A DNA stretch of 64,000 bases from Utricularia gibba (GCA_002189035.1 NEEC01000004.1:2914001-2978000); one strand, 5' to 3'; numbered from the stretch's first letter, positions 23,955-37,439 are shown. Made by a program: numbers and translations. The notes: generated by a model from the letters alone, not told the origin.

Positions 23955-24215
23955 TCTCATCCGTACTATTCAAGCCATTAGTAATGAGAAAAAATAAAAA
24001 AGTTAAGATCAATATAACTTTTTTGATATCAAGTCTAAGCGAATTTGCACGAAAGCCATATTCGAGATCTTGCTATTGACACTTGCTTATCTTTCCATGG
24101 TAGTATCTCGAAGATGAGTCATCTAGTGAATCAATTCTCTAATCGACACTTACACATTCATTCTAGTTATCTCATTATATCAATTGTGAGAATCATTGCC
24201 TAAACAATTCGAAAT
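23955..24215 (-). repeat. Internal fragment of Angela-type LTR (family Y)
   Basis: Homologous to 26520-26745 and 35310-35530 (GAGTCATCTAGTGAATC..TCTCTAAT..CATT.CATCAATTGTGAGA..CATTGCCTAAACA). Confidence 0.75.
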
Positions 24216-24699
24216 TTAAATTCGAATTATGGGTGTTTTCAATTGGTACATTATCTCTTTCTTCATCATTTATTTCTTCGTCACACAAAGTTGATGAAGG
24301 AGCAGTCAAAATAAAAGAAGTAGTGCACTATATTGAAATAGTTTCACATTGTATAATGAAGAGAGTAGATAGTTTCACCTAAACCACCTTGAGGCATCAT
24401 AGCATTACATTGTGCACAGAATCCCTACTTGTTACCTTCTACACTACGATTTGCTCTTAGCTACTAAACTGGCATACTACTGTTAATTTGAGCTTAGACT
24501 AAGAGTGACATTCATTCTGCAAACTTGTATCTGAGAAAACACACAGCAAGCATGTGCTCTTTAATCGAATCCGAAATTCCACTATACATCTTGTGAATTA
24601 AGTCTTATAAATTTATTTGATATGAAAATTCAATTTCTTCCAATGACTTCAGAATTTTTGTTTATTAGGAGGTCTTCAAGGAATTTCCAAAGGGTTTCT

Positions 24700-25580
24700 G
24701 TATTGATAAATGATGAGTACTCGACACGCTGAGTAGGACCACTCTCACCAAGTACAGTTCGCTTTCATCCCTAGTAACTTGCAATTTTCTTTTGACTTCG
24801 TTATGGTCAAGTGTTCCGGATGCAAGCTTCGTCAACTTCTTTATTCAACGGACTAGCAACATTTGTCGGAGCAGCACGTTTTACAAAGGTCTAGCAAATC
24901 AAATTCCGATTGAATTGTATGCATATCAGACTAACATGTCAAGCGGTCCTATGCATATGTAATATTCTTGTGCATCATCTATGTCTTCAGAATGGTGATT
25001 CTAATTAGGTCGGCTACTAAAAGGTCGTTACTTCGATACTGATTTTAATATGAATGAGTTCAGAAATTGCTATCATAAGGATGTTCATCTAGGACCATAT
25101 CGATGCTCCTTTAATGAATTTTGTTGAATAAAAACTTGATCTATGTCAAGATGATGAACTAAACACAAACAAATTCCCTCAAAATGTTTCATGGCATATT
25201 CAGTGGCATTTGATTTGCTTGCTGTGCTCATCCATCAGTAGCAAGGTGGTAGGCAACGTGAAACTCTAGTTTGTTTACCCATTGCTTGCTCTAACATATG
25301 CTCATATCCAGATAATAAGAAGCATCTTTCACTACACAACATTTCCGATGGTTCTGCCATGTGGTTGAACCAATTCCAAAACAAATCAACAGATTTGTCA
25401 ATGCCATTGGTGGACTTCAGGGACAACAAGATAAGCCACCTAGGGGGTGATTACCCACATGCTATTGAGTTTGATGGAACTTAAAGTTACTCAAAAGATG
25501 AAATCTTTAGCCATATCGCTTGCTAGACGTTCGATTTCGCCATCACTTGAGCTTCATCTTGCATTACACCAAGAACTATT
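24700..25580 (-). mobile_element. Highly degenerate Tekay-like Ty3 integrase relic (family X)
   Basis: Homologous to 36800-37345, 47644-48146 and (inverted) 27880-28141 and 50420-51156. Mixed-frame translation recovers remnants resembling MDFI..NAIWVIVDRL and AYH....QHVNQMLxDML..IEFSFN of chromovirus integrase. Confidence 0.55.
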
Positions 25581-26996
25581 TGTTGGGTTTCTCGTGGACA
25601 TCGCATGTCAGAAAAGTAGCGGAATTTAAATTTTTTTTGAGAAACCCTAATCGTAGATCTTGGAATATGATATACGTCAGATAAAGGGATGTTAAAAATA
25701 CCTTTCAAAGCACTCCGTTGTTCACCAACCGCCAATAGCAGACGGCCTCTATGGTATCCACACGTGGAGCACTCCGTTGATAACCTTCTCAAGGCTGTTG
25801 AATGCTGGTCGAATTCCTCAGATGCTAGTAGAGAAAGTCGCCCCCTTGTGGATCAATCTTAGAGAGCACAAAGACCTAGAAGCAGATCTGTAGATCTAAA
25901 TCTTTTAATAGATATTTAGTGACATATCAAATCAAATCTCCATTAAGATCTTATCTTGTGGAGATACATATATGTATCAAATCTTATCTATATCAGGTCT
26001 TTTATTTTAAGTTTAATCAATATTAATCTCAAAATAATTCTCTATTTAATTTACTAATTATATTTCATGTAATTGTGTCATTCTATTTTATATCGATGAG
26101 TGACTCCACTATTGTGTGTGACCTTATAGGCTTCTTTAATCAAGACCGTAATAATGGATTTATTAATTAACTCTTAATTAATCAAATCCATCATTATCGA
26201 TCACGAGTGATGTCTAGCAACATATCATGATCTCCAAGATGTAAGAATAATCAGGTGAACTGATTGAGCCTTTCTATGACCAACCACCATGAACTTATAA
26301 TTGCATTCAAACACTAACACTCAATGACTTACTCAAACAATTCGAGTGTCATTACCTTGGGCCCAGGACTTACTATTAGACTTTGATGCAATCACTTGAG
26401 ATATGATCTCATCGCTAACATGAGTGATGAATCCTTTATTGATCAATCAACTATCTCCAAACTTAAGGAGTCACATCCCTACTCATCCATATTAGGCAAG
26501 CCATAGTTAAGCTCCCATTAGTAATGAGCAAAAATGTGAGCTTAAGATCAATATAACTTTGTTGATCTCAAGTCTAAGCTTACTTGCAAGGATGTCATAT
26601 TCGAGATCTTGCCACTGACACTTGGTTAGCTTCCCATAGTAGCATCTAAAAAATGAGTCATCTAGTGAATCGATTCTCTAATTGGCACCCACACATAGGT
26701 TCTAGTAATCTCATTACATCAATTGTGAGAGTCATTGCCTAAACAGTTTAGGGAACTCAATGTGTGCCAGGTTATCCGTTTGTGATATCCTCATTTCACA
26801 AATACTCTAGCCAGGGAGTTTTTTAACTTTAACATAAATCCTCATTTCACATTATGATCTCATCATAATTTCTATAGCGCACATAAATCAAGTAGAGGAT
26901 TTTATCAATGATGTAAACTTGATCTCAATTCAAAGTAAACATCAAAAGATAAGATTTTCCAATGAGTTGATTGTCTCTAGAATACATACACCAACA
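25581..26996 (-). repeat. Angela-type solo LTR Y1 (1416 bp) without matching TSD
   Basis: Termini TGTTGGTGTATG.. and ..GAAACCCAACA shared with Y3 and Y4. Flanks CTATT versus ACTGC do not match. Confidence 0.8.
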
Positions 26997-27099
26997 ACTG
27001 CATTGCTTGGTCATGTTTGGCATAGTTTCTTTTAAGGGGTAGCAAGTTGCGAGATTAACTTATCTCATTGGATCAATGTGCAACAACCTAGAGCCTTCT

Positions 27100-27625
27100 T
27101 GTCATGACCCATGCCTAGGGCCCAAGAGGCAAGAGTCATGACTGTCAAGCCCCAGAAATAGGACTCTAAGGCAACCTTACTCTCATAATTTACATAGAGA
27201 AAAACTTAGGCTCGATTTACATACATATTGTTACATCACCAGCCTAACATGAATAAGAACTACAACAAGTCTAACTGGGACACATCTCACACGCAGCCCA
27301 AGTCCCTTGACCCTTTGGCTTAGGCTTCACCTCTAGGTCTTAGAAGTTGGGTCATGTTTTATCCAAGTTCATCAATAGTGTCAGAAGAGCCATCAATCAA
27401 CCACTATCTCCAAATCCAGACCATATCATGCATAAACATGTTAACATGTCCTTCTTGAATGGCTTACCCCATAAGGATGCCTCAGACATGACTCACATAT
27501 TTATCCATGAATGCCATGGTTAAAACCATGTTGCTGGGCTTTTCACACAATGAAGAGAAATGCAGAAAAACAAGTAAATAAAACAGGGAAGAACTCCATC
27601 CAAAACAAAATAAAAACACATAGAT
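27100..27625 (-). repeat. Tekay-type LTR fragment (family Z)
   Basis: Starts TGTCATGACCCATGCC on the + strand and is homologous in reverse to 32063-32817. Confidence 0.65.
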
Positions 27626-28141
27626 GTGAGCCCATTGAAGCTTGGATTGCTATCCTCCCAGTTGATGGAGAAACTAAGGATGTGCTGTTATGGGAGGAGT
27701 CATGAGGTTTGAAGGGCATCAAGTGATGAGCATAGATGAATTTGTGTGAGAATCCACAGTTGGATATGGAGATTCGAAGACCATGGACAAATAGGGCAAG
27801 GCGGAATGCAAGGTGAGTTCAAATGAATTTCGAAATCTAACATCTACCAATGTGCCACATTAGAGCATTAGAGGCCATAGCTTGACCATGTAGCATTGAG
27901 AAGTCATGGGGGTATAATCAGCAGAATGGCTACGGATTTTGTATTGATAGTAACTATAAGTCCCATCAAACTCAATGCCATGTGGGTAATCATCCCCTTG
28001 GCGGCTTAACTCATTGTCCATTAAGGCCACCAACGGCACTGACGAATCTGTTGAGGATGCATTTTGGAATTGGTTCGATCCTTGGTAAAATCATGGGAAA
28101 TGTTGCGGAATGTCACACTCTTCGTCGTATCTAGATATGCG

Positions 28142-29966
28142 TGTTGGAGATCAGCCTCAATCCAAAACTTGAAGGTGATTGGAAGCATCAATCTTGTGTC
28201 TTTAAGTCATGTTTCAGTTAAAAAAAGTGTTGGGTTCGAGTTGTTGGGCTTTTTATGTGTGTTTTTATTGATTGTGGCCCATTTTTGGATAACCTAGGTA
28301 TTGGGCATATATATACCCTACTAGGAACTCGTGTGTGTTAGGTTTTTAGTCATTCTTATTGTTTATGAGTCGTTTTTTCATCCAATGTGATCTCATAAGA
28401 ATTATCCCTTTGTTCCTTCCTAAGACTCTATCTTTCTTTCATCAACATGGTATCAGAGCAATATGGTTCTCAAACTTGTGTTTATTTCAGTATTATATTT
28501 ACCGTTCTATCTTTTTCACTTAGTGGTTTACCAAGTATCAACCCATAGCTTGTCAAACGGTGGCTTAAATATGATGGCATCTTATAGGGGACCTTCAATA
28601 TTTGATGGTTTTGAGTATGGAAGTTAGGTCAAAAAGATGCATAGCTATCTTTGAGTAGCGAGATTTGGGATGTTGAAAGAGAGATATCGACTATTTAGTA
28701 ACAAGTAAATCTACATCAGAACAGTAAGAAGAAGCTGAGTATCTTCAACAGAGAAAAGATGAAGCAATGGATGCCTTATATCAAGCCATTTATGAACATC
28801 TATTCGATGATATTGCACAGTGTCAACCAGCGAAAGAAATATGGGATACTCTCAAATCCCATTATGATGTGATGTCAAACTCAGAGAGATAATATGCATT
28901 TTGCATATTATCCTGAGACAGAAAGAAAAATATTTGACATTATTGAAGGAAAGCTTCGTCATCTCTATCCTGAATATCCAGTTACACCAGAACCAACATT
29001 TAGAGAGTTCATGATTGAGTTGCAATCTACAGAAAACAGATTGGAACTAAGAGATGGTTATGAGGTTGAGAAAACTTATGGTGAAGCTGATCTTTTCACC
29101 AAAATGCAGAATATGAATATAAACTCAAGTGCACCTAACAATGTCAAGGATGTGAAGTCATCAGCCATCAAACAATCAACAACATCAATCCCAACTTCAA
29201 CCATGGGTAATCGAAAGTGCAAGCAAATGTTTGCAAGCATTGCAACAAATAAAATCATAGGAGTGAGTTTTGTTGGTGAAAGCCTGATGCTTTGTGCACG
29301 AAATGCAATCAAAGAGGCCATCTTGACAAGGTATGTGGAATGTCAAATCCAATCGAAGTTGATCATAACAAGAAGACTACTTCCAAGGATGAAAAATCAC
29401 ATGCATCATTTACCTACTTTGAAGACTAGCCAGAAATATCTTTTGAAGATCCTTGTTAGTATGAGTGTGCTCTAATGACAGTAGTCTTAGATGCTAAACG
29501 CTGGTACTTGGATTCTGGTGCCTCCTATCATGTATGTTGTAATACAAGATCATTTTTCCAGCTTGAAAGGATTGGGAAGGAGGCCAGCACGTGCACTGGT
29601 GAAAATATTTGCATTGTGGGCAAAGGAAGCATTTTACTCATGCTAAAAGAAGGAATTGTTCAAGTTGATAATGTTTCTTATTCATCAAAATCTCAAACAG
29701 AACCTTCTGACCTTTGGTCAATTGAGCAGGCAAGGCTTTGACATTGAACTAATGAAGGATGCTAGTGGTATAACCACTAAAGTTAAAGTTTTTGATCCAA
29801 AAACAAAGATTGAATTCCATGCTATGTTGACCACCTACAACCTCTACCAAATCACGGTCAGTGATCATAAAAGTTGTATTTTCTCACTTCAGGATTAAAA
29901 CAGCCTTTGGAACAAACGTTTTGGGCACTATAGCTTCAACAATCTGAAAATATTGCAGAAGAATAA
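28142..29966 (+). mobile_element. copia-A copy 4: 5' LTR, PBS, gag, PR and start of IN; 3'-truncated and more diverged
   Basis: LTR 28142-28447, PBS TGGTATCAGAGC 28448-28459, degenerate gag with the first zinc knuckle deleted, and WYLDSGASYHVC. Fused at 29966/29967 to an inverted CRM gag. Confidence 0.9.
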
Positions 29967-31831
29967 TGAAATTGAGGTATCTTCATCTTGATGTTGTTAA
30001 CATCCTTTCCAATTCTTCCTCCGTCTCTTCTACCTCCCTGATCTCGAAATCTTCTTGTATCCCCATGCACAAAATCATTTTCACTATGTTCAATGTAGTC
30101 ATCTTCTTCATCAGTATTCAGGGTTCGATCTCTTCTTCCAACAGTCCTTGCACTTCGTTGATCACTTAAGTCATGTTCAGTGTTGATGCGTTGATGCAAT
30201 TGACTACCTCGACCCCTTCCAGTAGCATAATTATCTTGTCTTCGTGCTCTTGCAACATTTTGCAAAGAATTTTCGTGTTCATCAAGCCTGACATTTATGT
30301 TTTCTAGAATGCGATGCAATCTAGTGAACTCCTGTTGCATAGCTTTCAAAGTGAACCTCTCATCCGGTGAGTCATCCTTTTCATGCTCACTTCTGGAATT
30401 TGACATCCTAAATACAAGACAAAAGAAAACGAGCAGCAAGGAAGAAAAGAGACTAAACTAACAGAACAAAGAAACACACACAAGATTTACCACTCAATCC
30501 TCAAGCTTCAAGTCCTTGATGCACTCTTTAATGTCATCATGCTTGTTCTCATGGCATCTAACGAATTAATCACTTCCAGATTGGTATTGATTATAGTGTA
30601 ATGATGGAGTTAGGTGAGGGTGGCAGTATTAATAGTCTCAAGATGGAGACAAAGGGAAGTGTTTAAATTAAATTGGTTGCTTGTTGGAATAGATAAATAG
30701 GAAGGATGGACAACAAGGTAAGAACAGATGAAATCAGAGAATAGAGCAATACACACGAAATGTGTTGCTTGCTAAACTATAGAAATACAGGAATGGGCAA
30801 TCAACAAAGAGAATAGTCAAATGGAAAGGTGGGGACACGTGAATGACAGGGGATGGGAATTGAAGATAAGAAAAACAACAATAAAGTGGTTGCTTGGTGG
30901 AATGGGAAAAGTAGAGAGGTGGGCCACAATTTAAACATACATAATAATGGATGATAGTGATGGGTAATGGATGTTCACCTTCACACTCCTTATCCTCTTG
31001 CACACTTGAAAATGATATTCAATGTGTTCTTGCTATTCAATTGACACTCAATTTCGAGCTCTTCTTCAATCAACTTCCTGTGAACCTCCCTTTTTTTTTT
31101 TGTACTAAAGCCAAAAGTAATAAGTACTTGGCTTGAACGATTTTTTTTTTTTTTTTTTTTTTTTTTTTGAATAGGCAGGAATGGAAGAACTCAAACAAGA
31201 ATTGGATAATAATAAGGATAAGGAACCCAAAGCTCTGATACCAAATGATGTGACCCTCTAATCTATAGAGATTAGCAACCCACAAAAAAGAGGTGATTTT
31301 GAAGCTTAGAAGAGAACCCACCCAAGTCTACCCTCAAGAGAATAAATCTCTTGCAACCAGACTTTGAAACAAAGAAAATTAGGAGCCACACTTCAGAAAA
31401 GAGAGATTGATTGGAAGTGATAATCCTAGAACGCCACAAGCTCAAAGCTTGATAAGTTAAGAGTGTTCAAGCACTCAAAGGAGAGGGGAATCCTCACAAG
31501 ATACATAAAATGACCAAAGATCCTGAAATAGTACATCTCTAGAGTATTTATACTCTAGAATTGGGCTCTAACATTGCATAGCCCAAACTAAATAAAATAG
31601 AAAAGTCTAACAAGCCCAATGCTCTAAGTTAAGTCCATCTTCAAGTAGTTGAGCTCTTTTGATGGGATGTCTTCAAGCCCATGTTTGATTCCAATGGTAT
31701 TGAGTAGACCCTTAAGTGTATCTTCAACCATCTTTGTCTTGCTCCTAGTCATTGGTCCTGGTGGAATTATCTTTCTTTCTAATTCCTCATCATTCTTCAA
31801 ATATACTTCATTATCTTCCTGAGGCTCATCA
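29967..31831 (-). mobile_element. CRM-clade chromovirus copy a: 5' LTR (31246-31831, 586 bp), iMet PBS (31232-31243), leader with A28 tract, gag N-terminus
   Basis: TG..CA LTR, TGGTATCAGAGC two nt inside it, and gag LKAMQQEFTRL..VNNIKMKIP (29967-30410). The LTR matches 62100-62705 and 53553-53705. Confidence 0.88.
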
Positions 31832-32062
31832 GTAATGCTGACTCATGGTGTTCCATACATACTAGTGATGAGACTAGTTTAGTAAAGTTAAGAGGTGGAG
31901 TTCAGGGAAAGGGAAGATGAGGATTCAATTGAAGAATATAAGATTTTGAAGGAATCAGTTGTAACGAAGGGGTATCTCTATAGGGAATAAGGTAAGTGGA
32001 TGAGTGCTATTGTTTACTTTTAGAAGCATTCTTTGATGCTTCTCTAGAACATATATAATTAT

Positions 32063-32903
32063 TTGCCTATGTGTTTTTATTTTGTTTTGGAAAGAGTTCT
32101 TCCCTGTTTTATTAACTTGTTTATCTTCTTTGTTCTTCATTGTGTGAAAAGTGCAGCAGGGCACGTTCTTTTTGTTTTTTGGTGTTTGAAAATCCATTTA
32201 GAGTCTTTAAAATCCTTTGAGTTTGGCTTAAGAATTTCACTTAAGGGTAAGATGCCCCTATTGGTTGTGTTCCAAATAAGTTTTTCCCTTTGGAAGTGTG
32301 GAAAACACTCCTAGTTTGTTCTTTATGTGCTATGTGAACATATGTGAGAGGGTTGGATCCACACTAATAGCAACATGGTTTTGACCATGGGATTCAAGGA
32401 TAATTATGTCACATATGTCTAAGGCATTCTTATGGAATAAGCCAATCAAACAAGACAAGGAAACATCTTGTATGTATGCTATGGTCTAAGTTTAAAGGTG
32501 TTTGTTGGTTGATGGCTCTTCGAATCACTATTGATGAACTTAGATAATACATGACCCACTTCCTAAGACCTTTAGGTGATCCCTCAGCCGAAGGATCAAG
32601 GGATTTGGGCAATGATAGGTTATGGGACTCACAATGTGATTTTTTATTTGCTCATGAAATTTTATTTCCGAACACTTTGGATTTTCCTCATGTTTGCGTG
32701 TGTTTTCTTCCAAATTATAGTAGCATAACCACTTTATGCTTATACTTGTTCCTAATATGGGTTGGGACTTAAAGGTCATGTCTCGTGCCTCTTGGGCCTT
32801 GGGTATGGGTCATGATACTATGGTATCAGAGCAAGAGTAGAAGGTCCCTTGGTGTATTATCCAATGGAAGGGTAGAGAAAGGGGGATGGAGTTTTACGTG
32901 TAC
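32063..32903 (+). mobile_element. Family Z LTR 3' part with iMet PBS (32821-32832) and short leader
   Basis: ..GGGTATGGGTCATGATA|CTA|TGGTATCAGAGC. The leader is homologous to the reverse complement of 62899-62983. Confidence 0.7.
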
Positions 32904-32944
32904 TAAATATTTAGGTTGGCTATCTCTAAAACCATTTTCTATTT

Positions 32945-33832
32945 GAGGGATTAGGGATATGTTATCGAGAGCTAAACCGAGTTCTTGTTCTAAATTATCA
33001 TGGCGCTAGGTTAATGATAGTCGAAGATTTTTAGTTGGTCATTTAATATTAGTGTTTTAATACAATTATCAGTTCGATACATCATAAAGACACATACCCA
33101 TACTTTGTTATCAAATGAGATATAAGTATGAGTAAAGCTATTCACCTGATTATTCTTACATTTTAGTGATCATTATATGTTTTTAGATATCACTCATGAT
33201 CCATAATAATGGATTTAATTAATTAATAGTTAATAAATAAATTCATTATTATGACCTTGATAAAACAAGCATATTGGGTCATACACAATAATGAAGTCAC
33301 TCATTAATATACAATAGAATGACATAGGTACATGAGATGTAATTGGTAAAGTGGATAAATTAAATAGAGAGTTATTTTGAGATTAATATTCATTAAACTC
33401 AAAATAAAAGATTTGATATAGATAACGTTTGAGAAATTATATATCTATTAAATTTACAGGACATAAGATCTTTATAGAGATTTAATTAGATATATTACCA
33501 AATATCTATATAAGATAAAATGAAGGATTTGATCTGCAAAGATTTTCACATCTTTATACCCTTTGAGATTTATTTGAAGAGGCAACTTTCTCTACTAGCA
33601 CCTAACATAGATCGATCATCATTTTGTGGCCTTAGGAAAGTTTTCAACGGAGTGCTTAACGTGTGGATACCAAAGAGGCCGTCTATTTTGGTGGTTTTGG
33701 TGCATAACAGAGTTCATTCCAAGGTACCTCTTTATTTGATATATACTGCATTCAAAGATCTATAAATTGGATTTCATGAAAATTTTAAAATTATGTTCTT
33801 TTCTGACATGCAATGTATACAAAAAACCTAAG
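32945..33832 (+). repeat. Angela-type LTR Y2, 5'-truncated and diverged
   Basis: Collinear with the reverse complement of 34294-35290 and ends ..CTGACATGCAATGTATACAAAAAACCTAAGA (degenerate LTR terminus). Confidence 0.7.
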
Positions 33833-34293
33833 AATGAATGTTGATCCGTGTCATTTCCATAACAAATTTTAAATATTTTTAAAACATATAAAACACAAAA
33901 TGCGTAATACGGGTGTCAAACACAAGGAGTTGTTTTTCAGTGAAAGGTGAAGTTAGAATACAATTGTCACAATTTGTAAACGGTTTTTAAAGTAAGAGGT
34001 GTGAGAAAATAAGTGATGAAGCTTGCTTGAGTAAAGGGATAAGAGGGTTGTAGACAAAAAATGAAAATAAAATCAAGCAATGAACCTTAAATAAGGATAA
34101 TACTCTTAGGTTTGGAATCTTGTCCTACTACGTTCGTTGCATCTCCACTCTTCTCTGATCTTCTTAAGTACTCGGTTATAGGAGCAAGGACTTGTATACC
34201 CTCACTTACACTCTCTCATGAGAAGGTAAAAGAACAGCCCGATGTTGCTCCTTCTTGGACAAACGTGAGGGTACGAGGTCTTGTCGTCGTACC

Positions 34294-35794
34294 TGTTGGG
34301 TTTCTCGTAGACATCGTATGTCTCAAAAGCAGTGGAATTTTAAAATTTTGAGAAACCCCCAACGCAGATCTTGGAATACGGTATACATCAGACTAAGGGA
34401 CGCTGAAATACCTTTCAGATGACTCCGTTGTTCACCAACCGCCAATAGGAGACGGCCTCTATGGTATCCACACGTGGAGCACTCCGTCGATAACCTTCTC
34501 AAGGCTCTTGAATGCTGGTCGAATTCCTCAGATGCTAGTAGAGAAAAACGCCTCCTTGTGGATTAGTCTCTAAGAGCACGAAGACCCTTGGAGCATCTAT
34601 TCAAGATCTAAATATTTTAATAGATATATGGTAACATATCAAATCATATCTTCGTAAAGATCTTATCTTGTGGAGATATGTATATGTTCCAAATCTTATC
34701 TATATATGATCTTTTATTTTGAGTTTAATCAATATTCATCTCAAAATAAATCACAATTTAATTTATCCACTTTACCAATTACATCTCATGTAATTGTGTC
34801 CTTCTATTTTATATCGTTGAGTGACTCTACTATTGTGTGTGACCCTATAGGCTGCTTCAATCAAGGCCGTAATAATGCATTTATTAATTAACTCTTAATT
34901 AATTAAATCCATCATTATCGATCATGAGTGATGTCTAGCAACATATCATGATCCCCATGATGTAAGAATAATCAGGTGAACTAATTGAGCCTTTCCATGA
35001 CCACCCACCATGCAATGAACAGCTTTCATCATATTTATATCTCATTTGATAGTAAGACATGGGTGTGTGTGTTTCTGATGTATCGAACTTATAATTGCAT
35101 TCAAGTACTAACACTTAATGACCTACTCAAACAATTCGAGTGTTATTACCCTGGGCCCAGGACTTATTGTTAGGCTTTGATACAATTACTTGAGATATGA
35201 TCTCATCGCTAACATGAGTGATGAATCCTTTATTGATCAATGAACTATCTTCAACCTTAAGGAGTCACATCCCTACTCATCCATACTAGGCAAGGCATGG
35301 TTAGACTCCCATTAGTAATGAGCGAAAATGTGAGCTTAAGATCAAGATAACTTTGCTGACTTTAAGTCTAAGCTTAATTGCACGGCTGTCATATTCCAGA
35401 TCTTGCTATTGACACTTGGTTAGCTTCCCATAGTAGCATCTCGAAGATAAGTCATCCAGTGAATCGATTCTCTAATCGACACCCACACATAGGTTCTAGT
35501 AATGTCATTACATCAATTGTGAGAACCATTGCCTAAACAATTTAGCGAATTCAATGTGTGCCAGCTTATCCGTATTTGTGATATTCTCATTTCACAAATA
35601 CTCTAGCTAGGGAGTTTTTAACTTGATCATGAGTGCTTGAAGAATCTCACATTATGATCTCATCATAATTTCTATAGCACATAGATCAAGTAGAGGATTT
35701 TATCAATGATATAAATTTGATCGCAATTCAAAGTAAATATCATAAGATAAGATTTGCCAATGAGTTGATTATCTCTAGAACACATACACTATCA
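34294..35794 (-). repeat. Angela-type solo LTR Y3 (1501 bp)
   Basis: TG..CA termini with perfect TSD GTACC (34289-34293 / 35795-35799); inserted in a Tekay-like relic. Confidence 0.9.
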
Positions 35795-36008
35795 GTACCC
35801 TCATAGTAGAATTGTGCATGGGTTCCTGAGTATTGCCAATAACTCAATGAGTCCACATATGCGGTTACTATTTGTCCACTGATCATGAGGTACGACCACA
35901 AAAATAACGTTGTATCCCTGCAGCCAAAAGCGCATGAGTTGGTGCTTTCCATCTTGTTTCTCAAAACTCGCAGTTAGTGATCAGCTAACCATTAATCTTG
36001 AATAACGG

Positions 36009-36798
36009 TGTTAGTGGATGTGTTCTAGAGACAATCAACTCATTGAAAAATCTTATCTTTTGATATTTACATTGAATTGTGATCAAATTGATATCATTAA
36101 TAAAAACCTATACTTGATCTACGTGCTATTCAAATTATGATTAGATCATAATGTGAGATTCTTCAAACACTTATATTAAGTTAAAAAACTCCCTGGCTAG
36201 AGTTAATTAATAAAAGCTATTATTACGACCTTAATTGAAGAAGCCTATAGGGTCACACTCAATAGTTGAGTCACTTATCAATATAAAATAGAATGACACA
36301 ATTATATGAGATGTAATTGGTAAGTGACTAAATTAATTAGAGAGTTAGTTTGAGATTAATATTAATTAAATTCAAAATAAAAGATCTCACATAAATAAGA
36401 TTTGGAGCATATATATATCTCCACAAGATAAGATCTTTACTGAGATTTGTTTCGATATGTTACCAAATATCTATAAGAAATATATGATCTACAGATCTTC
36501 CCAACATCTTCGTGCTCTTTGAGATTGATCCACAAAGGGGTGATTTTCTTTACAAGCAACTGAGGAGATCGACTAGCATTCTACATCCTTAAAAAGGTTA
36601 CCGATAGAGTGCTTCACGTGTGGGTACCATAGAGACCATCTAGTATTGGCGGTTGGTGAACAACAGAATACTCTGAAAGGTACTTTCAGCATCCCTTTAT
36701 CTAATGTATATAGTATTCCAAGATTTTCGTTGGGGTTTTTCAAAAATTTTTAAATTCCACTGCTTTTCTAACATGCGATGTCTACGAGAAACCCACCA
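36009..36798 (+). repeat. Angela-type solo LTR Y4 with ~700-bp internal deletion
   Basis: Starts TGTTAGTGGATGTGTTCTAGAG and ends GAAACCCACCA. Flanks AACGG / AAGGG form a TSD with one mismatch. Confidence 0.8.
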
Positions 36799-37345
36799 AA
36801 GGGAACTGTTACAGAAAGACACCACTGGGATGTTTGTATGGAGGGGTAATAATACTGTTTTAATGATTTGTGTTGAATGAAAACTCGATTTACGTCAAGC
36901 CAATGAACTTAGCACGACCAAACTCCCTCATAACATTTCCTAGCATATCGTGAAGCATTTGATTCACATGCTGTGCTCATCCACTTCTCGAATTGTGGTA
37001 GGCAGCCCGAAACTCAGGTTTTTCTTCCCATTGCTCGCTCAAGCACAGCCAATATCAAGATACGAAGAAGAGTCTCTCATTTCGCAAGGTTTCCCCCCGG
37101 TTCTACCATGAGGTCGAACGAATTCCAAAACGCCTCCCTTGCCGATTCGTAAGTGCAGTTGGTGGCCTTCACGAACAACCCGTTAAGCCGCCAACGAGAT
37201 AATTACCTATGTGGCATTCACTTTGATGAGACTTACATTTACTCCCAGGATGAAATCCATAACTATACCACCAACCTGACTCCCCAAGACTTCTGTTTGC
37301 GGCATCCTCAACCTTAGCCTTCGCATGCTCTGATATTACACATTG
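36799..37345 (-). mobile_element. Tekay-like integrase relic (family X); continues leftward through 35800-36008 across Y4
   Basis: Homology to 47790-48146 and 25150-25540, with a degenerate integrase core in mixed frames. Confidence 0.55.
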
Positions 37346-37347
37346 GT

Positions 37348-37413
37348 AGACAGTAGTAGTATGTCTTATATACTCTTATAAGACAGGAGTAGTATGTCTT
37401 AGATAGTCTTAGA
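37348..37413. repeat. Tandem duplication, 33 bp x2, at the X/CRM junction
   Basis: AGACAGTAGTAGTATGTCTTATATACTCTTATA / AGACAGGAGTAGTATGTCTTAGATAGTCTTAGA. Confidence 0.8.
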
Positions 37414-37439
37414 TTCGTGGTTATTTATTTTTTTTCACG

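Noticed and set aside
31141-31168. T28 tract as the poly(A) tail of a LINE/SINE or retrocopy
   Set aside because: It lies within the CRM 5' leader, with no TSD or upstream SINE/LINE body.
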